From a virus (lineage: Duplodnaviria; Heunggongvirae; Uroviricota; Caudoviricetes): a stretch of DNA of 64,000 nt. The first letter of the stretch is position 1; each line of letters opens with the position of its first letter. A program made the position numbers and the translations under genes. The DNA lies in the IMG/VR virus record IMGVR_UViG_2925891887_000001; one strand, written 5' to 3'. Of the stretch, positions 42,761-52,600 are shown one piece after another. A model generated the notes under the pieces. The model made no database searches. It had not been told where the DNA came from and saw only the letters and a program-made list of their open reading frames with translations.

Positions 42761-43648
42761 ATGAATCTGTGGCAAATGCTTTTGGCCCGTCGTGGTCTGA
42801 TGGATGTCGCTGAAGCGCATGAGCGTGGAGGCGCTGGCGGTGTAGCTGCTGATAATGAGCAGAGCACACAAGATCCTGACAAACAGGGTGAACAAAAAGA
42901 GCAGCCGAAGGGCGATGACGAATACGCTGGCATGACTCAGGAAGAGTTACTGGCCGAACTTCGTAAAACCAAGAAAGCTGGTGCTGAACTGCTGAAGGAG
43001 AACATGAAGCGCAAAGAGAAAGAGCGCACATTGGCCGATCAGCTTGCTCAGTACGGTGATATCGACCCGGCGCGTGCTCGCCAGCTTTTAGAAGCTGAAC
43101 AGGCCGCAGAAAATGCACGTCGTGAGGCGGAGCAAGCTGAACTGGAGCGTCGTGGTGAGTTCGATGCTGTTAAAAAACAGATGATCGAAGCACACCAGGC
43201 AGAGCTGGCACAGCGTGACGAACGTTATACAGCACTGGAAAGTGAAAACGCATCACTGAAATCTCAATTAGTCGAGATGACCGTGGGCGCTTCCTTCAGT
43301 AACTCTCTCTTCCTACGTGACAAAGTTCTGATGACCCCGGCAAAAGCCCGCGTGATCTACGGTTCTCATTTTGAAGTGGGTGAAGACGGTAGCGTAGTGG
43401 GTTATGACAAACCGGCAGGTCATAAAGAACGAGCTGTTCTGGTTGACGGTGAAGGTAAGCCGTTGCCGTTTGAATCCGCGATTGAACGCATTGTGCGGGC
43501 AGATCCGGAAGCTGACGCATTGATGCGTAGCGAAGCCAAGCAGGGTGTAGGCTCACATTCCAAATCGACCTACACAATATCCCAACCGAAGAACAAGTCG
43601 ACTATGGATAAGTTGGCCTCCGGTCTGGGGAAAATTGGACTTAAGTAA
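42761..43648 (+). CDS. putative scaffolding protein
   Basis: Lies between the portal and capsid genes. Long E/A/K/R-rich coiled coil. Confidence 0.5.
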   Translation: MNLWQMLLARRGLMDVAEAHERGGAGGVAADNEQSTQDPDKQGEQKEQPKGDDEYAGMTQEELLAELRKTKKAGAELLKENMKRKEKERTLADQLAQYGDIDPARARQLLEAEQAAENARREAEQAELERRGEFDAVKKQMIEAHQAELAQRDERYTALESENASLKSQLVEMTVGASFSNSLFLRDKVLMTPAKARVIYGSHFEVGEDGSVVGYDKPAGHKERAVLVDGEGKPLPFESAIERIVRADPEADALMRSEAKQGVGSHSKSTYTISQPKNKSTMDKLASGLGKIGLK

Positions 43649-43673
43649 CATCTAAATCAAAGGGAATTGATAG

Positions 43674-44549
43674 ATGCCATTACTGCGTGAAGAAGCTGAA
43701 AAGCTGTCTAACAACGAACTTGAACAGGGTGTGATCGAAACTATCATCGATCGCGATGACCTGTTTGCCATCCTGCCTTTTATGAAAATTAATTCAAAGG
43801 CATATCTGTACAACCGTGAAAAAACGCTGAGCGAAGCTACTTTCATTGATGTGAACGACACCATCACCGAAGGTGCAGCAACCTTCGAAGAGAAAGTTGC
43901 GAAGCTGCGCATTCTGGCTGGCGACGTTGACGTCGACAAATTCCTGGCTACCACTATGGCTGATACCAACAACCAGCTGGCTATCCAGGTTCGTCAGAAA
44001 GTCAAAGGTCTGGCTCGTGCCTTCCGTCGCAATCTGATTGTTGGCGACTCCACCACTAACAACAAGGCGTTTGACGGCATTCCACGCCTGATGCACGCAG
44101 ATCAGAAGATCGATATCGCCGGTGCATCTATGACTTTCTCCATGTTCGACGAACTGGTCGATGCGGTGAAAGATCTTGGTGCTGACTGCATCATGATGCG
44201 TTCAGAGCACCTGCGTGCTTACCGTGCGCTGCTGCGTACAGTAAACGTAGGTCCGTCTGAAATCATGATGGAGAACTTCGGTCGTCCGATGCTGTGCCAT
44301 AACGACGTTCCGTTTATCGTAAACGACTTCATTCCGACCGATGCTGGCAAAGCAAGCATCTACTGCCTGCATCTGTCAGAAGAGAACGGCGTTACTGGTC
44401 TGTATGGCGGCGACAACGCAGGTATCGTTGTTGAAAACATTGGTACTGTACAGAACAAAGACGCAGTACGTACCCGTGTGAAGTGGTACTGCTCTCTGGC
44501 GAATAAGCACGATAAGGCTATCGCTGCACTGACCAATGTAAAAATTTAA
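43674..44549 (+). CDS. major capsid protein
   Basis: 291 aa. Position after the scaffold gene, strong codon bias, and a strong terminator follows. Confidence 0.65.
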   Translation: MPLLREEAEKLSNNELEQGVIETIIDRDDLFAILPFMKINSKAYLYNREKTLSEATFIDVNDTITEGAATFEEKVAKLRILAGDVDVDKFLATTMADTNNQLAIQVRQKVKGLARAFRRNLIVGDSTTNNKAFDGIPRLMHADQKIDIAGASMTFSMFDELVDAVKDLGADCIMMRSEHLRAYRALLRTVNVGPSEIMMENFGRPMLCHNDVPFIVNDFIPTDAGKASIYCLHLSEENGVTGLYGGDNAGIVVENIGTVQNKDAVRTRVKWYCSLANKHDKAIAALTNVKI

Positions 44550-44559
44550 TCAGTGTTGT

Positions 44560-44577
44560 AGATAAGTAATTATCTAT
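44560..44577. repeat. GTAAGTA-type palindrome (TAGATAAGTAATTATCTA)
   Basis: Read directly. Confidence 0.8.
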
Positions 44578-44581
44578 GTTT

Positions 44582-44609
44582 AAGGGTGGGCTATACGCCC
44601 ACCCTTTTT
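44582..44609 (+). terminator. intrinsic terminator after the capsid gene
   Basis: AAGGGTGGGC/GCCCACCCTT 10-bp stem plus a T run. Confidence 0.85.
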
Positions 44610-44622
44610 GTAGGAGCAAGAA

Positions 44623-45543
44623 ATGCCAGAACAAAAGATGAAGATTACGGAAGAGGCATTTTCGGATTTTACGGGGCATATGTGCCGCGCCGGATTTACC
44701 AATTCTATCTCCGATGAACCTTTAACCGAGCGGCAACAAAGTCAGCTATCTGCTTGTTTGCAGGCGGTTCCCTTCTCCCAATCCGTAAACATAACTCCGG
44801 CTTCACCATCAGTTTTGGTTGGGAAAACTGTTCAACTTAGTGCAGGTATTAGTATGGGTAAGAGTGCCAGTTCATTTACCTGGAAGTCAGCCAATGATCA
44901 AATTGCAACCGTTAACGGCACTGGATTAGTAACTGGCGTAGCCCCAGGCAAAGTGAAAATTACCGCAACTGATCAGGAAACCCAGCTTTCCGCGTCAGTG
45001 GAAGTCACCGTAAATCCGGTAGCCGTTAAATCCGTAACGGTAACGCCAGACTCAACCTCTGTTGAGAAAGGGAAATCAGTCAGTCTGAAAGCGAATGTTC
45101 AGCCGTCAAATGCGACGAATAAGGCAGTTACCTGGTCTTCCAAAAATGAAGACAAGGCAACGGTAGACCAGAGCGGGAACGTTACTGGTGTAGAAGTTGG
45201 CACTGCGACGATTGAGATCGTTTCCCAAGATGGCAGCAAAAAGGCAACTGCAACGGTGGAAGTAACTGCGCCTGTTGTGGCTGTTACCGGCGTCGAAATC
45301 GACCCAAATAGCACAACCGTTGAGGCAAACAAAACTGTTCAGCTGACCGCAAATGTCGAGCCGGCAGGAGCCACAAATAAAACCGTTACTTGGGAATCCA
45401 AAAATACCGAGTTTGCAACGGTGGACAGCGAAACCGGTGTTGTAACTGGTGTTGCGGCTGGTACTGCCACAATCGAGGTTACTACCCAAGATGGTAGCCA
45501 CAAAGCGACAGCGACCGTAGAGGTCACTGCCGCACAGGAATAA
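44623..45543 (+). CDS. Ig-like (Big_2-type) repeat protein, probable capsid decoration protein
   Basis: Four repeats of the pattern VTVTPxSxSVxxGKTVQLxAxVxPxxATNKxVTWxSxNxxxATVDxxGxVTGVxxGTATI. Confidence 0.7.
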   Translation: MPEQKMKITEEAFSDFTGHMCRAGFTNSISDEPLTERQQSQLSACLQAVPFSQSVNITPASPSVLVGKTVQLSAGISMGKSASSFTWKSANDQIATVNGTGLVTGVAPGKVKITATDQETQLSASVEVTVNPVAVKSVTVTPDSTSVEKGKSVSLKANVQPSNATNKAVTWSSKNEDKATVDQSGNVTGVEVGTATIEIVSQDGSKKATATVEVTAPVVAVTGVEIDPNSTTVEANKTVQLTANVEPAGATNKTVTWESKNTEFATVDSETGVVTGVAAGTATIEVTTQDGSHKATATVEVTAAQE

Positions 45544-45587
45544 CCGATATTGGGCGGCGAAAGCCGCCCAAGAGGAGAGAAAGCGTT

Positions 45588-46022
45588 ATGAAACCAGCAA
45601 AAATTGTTTTATTAGAACCGCAATTTTCCGGTTATTCGGGAATGCTGTGTGGCGTTCAGTTCGAGAACGGGGTATCCGTAGCGGAGTTGCCTTTTATCGA
45701 TCAGCAAAGGATTTGTGCCTCAATGCGAGCATCAACAGTCGAGGGCAAAAATGTTTCTCCGTCTGCCGCATACAGTGATCGTGGCGAGTTGACCGCAGAC
45801 CTGATTACCGAGCCAGCAGCACCTGGCATTGTGCCAATGAAACGTGGGACACCAGATGAACCGGCCAAACAGATCCAGACTTTCACACGAGAAGAGTTGG
45901 AGTCAATTGCAGACAATGAAGGCATTGCCGGTCTACGTGTGATTGGTAATCAGGTTGGTGTCAAAGCGAAAGGAATTGTCGAGATGATTGAAGGCATCCT
46001 GAAAGCACAAGGCGGTGAGTAA
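45588..46022 (+). CDS. hypothetical head-module protein (144 aa)
   Basis: Called by position. The C-terminal REELESIADNEGIAGLRVIGN resembles an HeH/Rho-N-like motif. Confidence 0.45.
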   Translation: MKPAKIVLLEPQFSGYSGMLCGVQFENGVSVAELPFIDQQRICASMRASTVEGKNVSPSAAYSDRGELTADLITEPAAPGIVPMKRGTPDEPAKQIQTFTREELESIADNEGIAGLRVIGNQVGVKAKGIVEMIEGILKAQGGE

Positions 46023-46855
46023 TGGCGCAGATCGACTCGTATCGTAGCGGTGAAGCTGTTTCCCTTTCATTTGCCTTCAACGTGCTGGATATCGAATCTG
46101 CTACCTACACAGTAAAGGACAGCACCGGGGCTATTCTCGTTGATGGCGAGCCGCTAGAAATTACCAGCGGTCAAATGTCGATTCCGGTTGTCGTGTCGGC
46201 TGAATATAACCAGCTCTCTGAGAAAGAGCGAGATCTGCGGTACGTCATTGTGAAGGCTGTTGCATCGGGTCTGACGCATGAAGAGCGGCAAATGTATGTT
46301 CTGCTGAATAGTTTTGAACTGTCGATACCAGAACAGTCGTTTGCAACTGTCGCTGATGCTCAAATGCAGGCGATCGATATGCTGAATGGGGACACTTTGC
46401 TGTCGGATGGTGAAGGCTTAATGCGCAAGCGTCTCATTGAGGCTACCAGACGAATTAAAACTTTACCGTTCTCAATCCGCAAAATTCTACGTATCGACTT
46501 TGACCGATACGATCGCCCTCAAAATATGCTGAATGTGTATGACATTCCGTGGGGAGCAGATGGAGCGTACCGGCATGATTTAGTCGATTGGGAAAAGATG
46601 ACGCAGGAGAAGTTTGAAGAGTTCCCTGACTACTTCAAAGAAGCGTTGATGCTTGCCGTTGTCAACGAAGCGTGTGAGATCGCAAATGGCAATGATGTAG
46701 CCGCAGCACGAGAGGATGGCATTTTGTCAGAGTCCATCGGTGAAACAACCAACATGTACCGTACCGGTAAAGCTGCAAACGTGCATGTGGCTCGTAGTAC
46801 CTGGCGCTTGCTGGTCAGTTACATCAACAACCGTATGATTGTTCGCCGTGCGTAA
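46022..46855 (+). CDS. hypothetical head-tail connector candidate (277 aa)
   Basis: Called by position. TAATG overlap. Confidence 0.4.
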   Translation: MAQIDSYRSGEAVSLSFAFNVLDIESATYTVKDSTGAILVDGEPLEITSGQMSIPVVVSAEYNQLSEKERDLRYVIVKAVASGLTHEERQMYVLLNSFELSIPEQSFATVADAQMQAIDMLNGDTLLSDGEGLMRKRLIEATRRIKTLPFSIRKILRIDFDRYDRPQNMLNVYDIPWGADGAYRHDLVDWEKMTQEKFEEFPDYFKEALMLAVVNEACEIANGNDVAAAREDGILSESIGETTNMYRTGKAANVHVARSTWRLLVSYINNRMIVRRA

Positions 46856-46934
46856 CGCCAGTCGCATTATTTACTTTTGGTCGAAAGGGTTTTTGGCCAG
46901 TAATGAGAGCGACCGACAACAACAGGGAGAGAGC

Positions 46935-47279
46935 ATGAATATTTCATGGCAAACAGAAATTGCGATCTACCGCTTTGGCGCAAAGAACGTTTACGGTGAG
47001 GCGCAATTACAATTCGTCAGGAAGACGAATGTCGGCGTGGTTAAGTTCGAACAGAGTAATGAGAAATCGTCAGTTCGTGCTGATAGCTCTGGTAGTCGTG
47101 GTAAGGCGAGTCTGGAGCTGTTTGATGCTGTGTTAGTAGTCCCTTTAGAAGCGGCTGTACAACTTGATGATGTACTGATCCTTGAAGGTCAAAAATTAAA
47201 GGTGTCCAGTGTTCATCGCCGCTGGGGGCTACGAGGAAGACCTGGGCATCTTGAAGTAGGGGCGAATATATGGGTCTGA
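46935..47279 (+). CDS. putative head-closure/head-tail adaptor protein (114 aa)
   Basis: ATG 46935 follows GGGAGAG. Called by position and size. Confidence 0.4.
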   Translation: MNISWQTEIAIYRFGAKNVYGEAQLQFVRKTNVGVVKFEQSNEKSSVRADSSGSRGKASLELFDAVLVVPLEAAVQLDDVLILEGQKLKVSSVHRRWGLRGRPGHLEVGANIWV

Positions 47280-47743
47280 AATACGATGCGCATCAGTTCA
47301 AACGTGCGGGGAATAGACTCAACAACAGCCAGAAAGCATTTAAGCGATATCTTATTCGGGACATGGAAAAGCTGGCGCGTTTGGTTGAGCGCCTCAGCCG
47401 TGCAATGGCCCCGCTGGAAACCGGATCTCTGGAGACAGCCATCTTTGCCAGGGTGATTAAAGAAGGTTATTCAGGGCTGCGCATTGAGCTTTCTGTGTCT
47501 GGAGCAAAACCACGTCAGGGGCATCCGGGCGTAGAAGTCGGTGACTATGCTAAGTACATGGAGCTGGGTAAATACCGACTCGGTTATCTTTCTCGAATGA
47601 AGAACGTGACAAACCCACCAATTGCCGGTGTTAAACCCCGTGTTGGGCCACACTTTCTGGAAAGAGCGGTGGAAATTAGCGAGAAGCAGTTCTCAGAAGC
47701 GATTCTTGAGGCTGCCAGAAAAGCCGGATTTACGAGAGGTTAA
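47270..47743 (+). CDS. HK97 gp10-like head-tail joining protein
   Basis: MAPLETGSLETAIFARV matches the P-x-x-TG-x-L motif of the gp10 family. Position is consistent. Confidence 0.5.
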   Translation: MGLKYDAHQFKRAGNRLNNSQKAFKRYLIRDMEKLARLVERLSRAMAPLETGSLETAIFARVIKEGYSGLRIELSVSGAKPRQGHPGVEVGDYAKYMELGKYRLGYLSRMKNVTNPPIAGVKPRVGPHFLERAVEISEKQFSEAILEAARKAGFTRG

Positions 47744-47744
47744 T

Positions 47745-48128
47745 GTGTTTATTGAAGCGTTTGCAAGTTTGATGCAGAAGGCAAAGATTGGCACGGTCGG
47801 GACTGACATTTTCTGTCACTACTTGCCTGCCAATGTGAAATCTGGCGTCCTGCTTATTAACCCAAATACCGGTATCAGCATCGATCATGAGCTACAGGGC
47901 TTTTACCACGAATCATTCACAATAATTGTGCGTGGTTCGTCAATTACTACGACGGTTGAGAAAGCCAATAAAATCATTGAGATGTTTCCAGTAGAGGAAA
48001 CGGAATCTGGTGGTGTTTATTTTCGACTGGTACGACCGATGGCGATGCCAATCATTTATCCCAAAAATGATGGGGCATTAATAGAAGCAGGCATTCCTAT
48101 TGAATTTGCTGGCTATTTATTGAATTAA
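47745..48128 (+). CDS. putative tail terminator/tail completion protein (127 aa)
   Basis: GTG 47745 follows GAGAGG, directly after the upstream stop. Last gene before the major tail protein. Confidence 0.4.
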   Translation: MFIEAFASLMQKAKIGTVGTDIFCHYLPANVKSGVLLINPNTGISIDHELQGFYHESFTIIVRGSSITTTVEKANKIIEMFPVEETESGGVYFRLVRPMAMPIIYPKNDGALIEAGIPIEFAGYLLN

Positions 48129-48136
48129 CTCAATTG

Positions 48137-48152
48137 GTAAGTATATACTTAC
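48137..48152. repeat. GTAAGTA-type palindrome (GTAAGTATATACTTAC, perfect 16 bp)
   Basis: Read directly. Confidence 0.9.
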
Positions 48153-48202
48153 TATTAGCGCAATGAATGCGTAGAATTAACGGAAAAAGGAGTTTTCCAT
48201 CA

Positions 48203-48949
48203 ATGTCTAATACCCATGTAAAAAACATCAAACTTGGTGCCTGTAAGGTGTCGTTTGGTGGTGTGGATTTGGGTTACACCAAAGGTGGTGTTCAGGTTGA
48301 AATCGCAACCGAAACGCTGAAAGTGACCGTAGACCAGCTGGGCCAGACCACGATCTCCGAGCTGATCCAGGGCCGCAACATCACCATTACTGCGCCGCTG
48401 GCTGAATCCGTGTTGAAAAACATGGTCGATCTGATGCCAGGTTCCACGCTGAGTTCTGGCGAAGATACCGTAACCATCACGTCTGCGCAGGGAGTGAACC
48501 TGATCGACGTTGCGAAAGAGTTGGTGCTGACCCCGCAGGATGCGACGGATTATGTTCTGACCATCCCTAAAGCAGCAACCGCGGGTAACTTCACCATGAC
48601 CTACCAGTCTGACGACGTTCGCGTGTTCTCAGTTGAGTTTTCCGCTTACCCGGACGACGCTGGCGTGTTGGGGAAAATGAGCCTCCCAAAGCCGGTTGAG
48701 AGCGTCACGCTGACCCCGTCTTCACCGACCGTAAAAGTGGGCACTAAAGTTCAATTGAGCGCAACCTTCACCCCGGCCGATGCAACCAATAAGACTGGCG
48801 TGTGGAGCTCTGATGCGACTGATAAAGCGACCGTAGATCAGAACGGACTGGTAACTGGTAAAGCTGTCGGTTCAGCCAATATCACCTTCACAACTAATGA
48901 CGGTGCCAAGAAGGCGACCAAAGCCGTCTCTGTAACTGCCGCAAGCTAA
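48203..48949 (+). CDS. major tail protein with a C-terminal Ig-like (Big_2) domain
   Basis: ATG 48203 follows AAAGGAG. The C-terminal VTLTPSSPTVKVGTKVQLSATFTPADATNKTGVWSSD...ATVDQNGLVTGKAVGSANI is an Ig-like domain, as in lambda gpV. Lies upstream of G/GT. Confidence 0.75.
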   Translation: MSNTHVKNIKLGACKVSFGGVDLGYTKGGVQVEIATETLKVTVDQLGQTTISELIQGRNITITAPLAESVLKNMVDLMPGSTLSSGEDTVTITSAQGVNLIDVAKELVLTPQDATDYVLTIPKAATAGNFTMTYQSDDVRVFSVEFSAYPDDAGVLGKMSLPKPVESVTLTPSSPTVKVGTKVQLSATFTPADATNKTGVWSSDATDKATVDQNGLVTGKAVGSANITFTTNDGAKKATKAVSVTAAS

Positions 48950-49011
48950 ATTGTGATAACCCAAGAGGCCCATGGATGGGCCTCTGTATGAGTTTAAAAG
49001 GATTTTAACCA

Positions 49012-49329
49012 ATGACCAAATTACTCGATCTCGATTCCATTCTGCCTCCGAAGAAAAGCATCAAATTTGGCGGTCAGGAATATCCCATCGTTGAAATGAC
49101 GGTAGGTCTGTTCGTTTCCATCAAGCAGATGGAAGGCAAAGATCTCATGAACATGTCTCCTGTTGAGCAAGTGACAGCTTATGCAGATCTGGTTCGTAAG
49201 GTTATCCCTTCAGTACCTGACGAAGTTCTTGAAAAACTGACTGTTCCGCAACTCCAGCAGATCTTCACCTTCGCTATGGAAGTGATTGATGAAGAAAACG
49301 AAAAAGCGGCTGGCGAAGGGGCAAAGTAA
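49012..49329 (+). CDS. tail assembly chaperone (gpG-like)
   Basis: 105 aa, between the major tail and tape measure genes. Confidence 0.7.
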   Translation: MTKLLDLDSILPPKKSIKFGGQEYPIVEMTVGLFVSIKQMEGKDLMNMSPVEQVTAYADLVRKVIPSVPDEVLEKLTVPQLQQIFTFAMEVIDEENEKAAGEGAK

Positions 49330-49679
49330 TTTCCCGCGATGAATCCGGGACAAGGACCGTCTCAATAGATCTCGGATTCTATTTCAGTCGTGTAGTTGCT
49401 CACTACGCCGTGTCGCCATTAGAGCTACTGAACGTTCCTCTCACGATGTTCTGGATGCTCAGTCGCAATATAGACCGTCTGCGTGCGGAAGAGGATGTCC
49501 GCAACTTACAAGTCGCTCGTGCGTCCCAGGCGGATGGCGAGGCTGTGAAGGCGTTCATGGAGGGTTTGCAACTCAGGATTGGAAGACCAGTCGTAACAGA
49601 TAAAGTCTACGATCCAAGCCAGGATAAGGCAGACCCTGACGCCAAAGAGCAACTGATGCAAATATTTGGCAGAGGATGA
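49012..49679 (+). CDS. tail assembly chaperone G-T fusion via programmed -1 frameshift
   Basis: The -1 frame is open from 49293 to 49679 and overlaps the end of G. Candidate slip sites are GAAAAAG (49300-49306) and CAAAG just before the TAA (49322-49329). Confidence 0.55.
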
Positions 49680-49686
49680 CAAGGGA

Positions 49687-52600
49687 ATGTCACAAAACGT
49701 AGAGTTTATCCTGTCGCTGGAAGACAAACAGTTTACAGCGTCAATCGATCGTGCGGGGAAACTGCTTACTCGATTTGGTGAGCAGGTAACAAAGCCTGCT
49801 CAAAAAATCCAAACCTTTGAACGCTCTTTGGGTTCGGTCGCCCGTATCATTGGCGTTCTGGAAAGCAAGCTCGATTCTACGGCAGATAAACTACAGGATG
49901 TAGCTGCCGGTTTTGAGCTTGCTTCAGATGCTACGCGTAAAATGCGTGGCAACATCACCAGCCTCAATTCTGGTCTTAAAGCCCTGATTGAGCGCGTCGA
50001 TACGACAACTTCTTCAGTAGATAAACTCACCGCGTCATTACGTAAAGTGCAATCAGAGCTAAATGATTTCTCTGATTGGGCGACCTATGCAAGCAAAAGC
50101 GCAAGCCGCTTTGGTACGGAGGTCAAAGAAGCCTCTGCGTCCGTGAGTGGCATGAATACGCGCCTTAATACCACGACGAAGCGACTCAGTAATTGGGGTG
50201 TCTCAACGAGTCAGGCTGCCGAGGGACTGAAAAAGGTTCGTGAGCAGATGGACGAAGTTATCGGACGTCAGCAACTGATTAGCAAGCCGGTACGCGTTCG
50301 TACATCTGGAGGTAGCGATGGTGGCAGCGGGCGGCGTAGCGGCTCTGGCCATAGCGGTAAAAGTAACGAAGGAGGTATGTTCTCTGGCCTTCGTGGCAAC
50401 ATTTTCCTGCTTGGCGAGATCGGAGATGCAGCCAGAACGGTTACTGACATCATGTTTGGGTGGCAGAAGCCTATTGTTGAAGCTGCGGCCGAAATGGAAC
50501 GTATGCGGGTGATGCTTCGAGGGTTGAATAAGGAGAAGTCCAACCCGGGCCAGGCTGCCGCTGATGATATGAAGTACATCGTAGACATGGCTCAAAATGC
50601 GCCGTTCGCGATGCAGGCGTTAACAGACTCCTTCGTGAAGTTTCGTTCTGCTGGCTTAGATCCAACCGATGGTTCTCTGAAGGCGCTGGTGGACTCCGTT
50701 GCTCGTTTTGGTGGTGATAGTGAGCTGTTGAAACGTGCGGCTGTGGCCGTTCAGCAGATGTCCGGTAAGGGCGTTGTGTCAATGGAAGAGCTACGTCAGC
50801 AATTAGGTGAAGCCGTTCCTAACGCGATGCAGGCAATGGCAGACGCCGCAGGCATCACTATGGGGGAACTGACTAAAGCCGTTGCCAGCGGTACGGTTGA
50901 GGCAAAACAGGCGTTGTCTCTGATGTTTGTTGGTCTGCGTGCGGAGAATGAGAACGCAGCGAAAGACATGATGCAAACCTACACAGGTGCGCTGGCGCAA
51001 CTTCAGACGTCATTCACGTTATTTGCTGATCGGGTTGGTCAGGCCGGATATCTGGATTCTCTATCGAAGGGGATGAAAGAACTGGCTTCAATCATGAATA
51101 GCGCCGAAGGGATTTCGTTTGCCAATTCTTTAGGTTCGGGGTTAACAACGGCAATCGATGGGTTGCGTCAGCTTGCTCAATGGTTAGCAAAGAACCAAGA
51201 GCTGGTAATTAATCTCGGTAAGGTCGTGGCCGCGATGGTTGCGTTCAAACTGATGCGAGCAGGGATCATGGGGGTAGTTGGCGCTGGGAGCCAGATGGTT
51301 AGCACCTTTGCCACGATGGCGACCGCCATACAGACTCCATTTAACCTCGGCGCTACAGCAGTAACTCGATTCAATCGTGCGGCACGTATGGGGCTGGCTC
51401 CGATCCCCTCTCTTATTTTCGCCATCCGTGGGGCGATTACGGGGCTTAAAGGCGCTTTTGCTGGATTAACGGCGTTCATTGCAGCAAACCCTATAGGGGC
51501 AGCATTTACAGTTGCCACAGTAGCTGTTGCTGGCCTAATCACGTACATGACCATGCTCCGCAGCGAAACTTCAAAGGTCGTTGACGAGATTAGGAAAATA
51601 CCAGAGGCGATGACGGCGGCCAAACGTGCACAGATGGCGGAGTATAAAGCGCGTCTTGAGCAACAAATCACGCAAAAGGAACAAGAGTTAAAATCTGGCG
51701 AAAAGGTGGTTTATGGGCCGGGTATGGCCGGAACTACAGTAAAGATTAATCAGGATGAACGTAAGCGTATAGAAAATGAGCTAAATGACCTTCGTGAGAA
51801 ACGCGATAAAACTACTGGGGCAATTGAACGCGGAGACACTGCTGTAGCCAAACGTCTTGCAAAAGATGCGGCAGAATCACAGATAGAGAAAATACGGGAA
51901 GAGAATAGAGACTTTGCGGCAACATTCGCTAAAGCTCGTCAAGAGGCTCTGGATAAGATCCAGAAAATCAATGATGACGGTTCACTTTCAGATGACGAAA
52001 AGAACAAGCTATTGGCACCGTTACGTGAAACGGTAAACAAAAGCTATCTGGAGCCTGCGCAAAAACTGGTTGATTCACTTTCTTCTCGTAAGAATGCGAC
52101 CGAGAAGCAAATTGCGACTCTTAATGATCAGCTTGAAAAAGCCAAAAAGGATGGAAATACCGAGCAGATCCAGAAACTGCAAGGCAGTATTCGTGGTTAT
52201 CAGGAGCATTTGGAAGCCGTTGCTCAGGAGCTGACTCAGGCAGAGTTCGAGAGAGATAACGCGGCCAAAACTGGTAAGGGCGTAATGTCAAACCAGGGGA
52301 CTGTTCTTGGGTTAGGTACAACTGATAAAGCTGCTCAGAAGGCGCTGGCGCAATATATGCGAAACCAGATGGATTCTGCGACTTATCAGCGTACTTTGCC
52401 TGACGGCACTCCGATGATGGACTTCGAAGGTAAGCCGATTATTGGGCCTAAACAACTCAAGACGCAGCTTAATTTGCAGAAAGCATCCAGCGCCAGCTCT
52501 CTGGAGAAAATGAGCGATGAAGAGCGTGCCGCAGCCATTGCTGCACTGACTAAAGCTCGTGAACAGGATGCCGCAGCCGCCGAGAAAGCAGCCCAACGAT

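Noticed and set aside
45550-45571. Hairpins TTGGGCGGC/GCCGCCCAA (45550-45571), AGAGGCCCAT/ATGGGCCTCT (48964-48985) and GACTGCCCCG/CGGGGCAGTC (54267-54288) as terminators
   Set aside because: The stems are strong, but no T tract follows. They may be RNA-stability or attenuator hairpins, so they are not listed as terminators.
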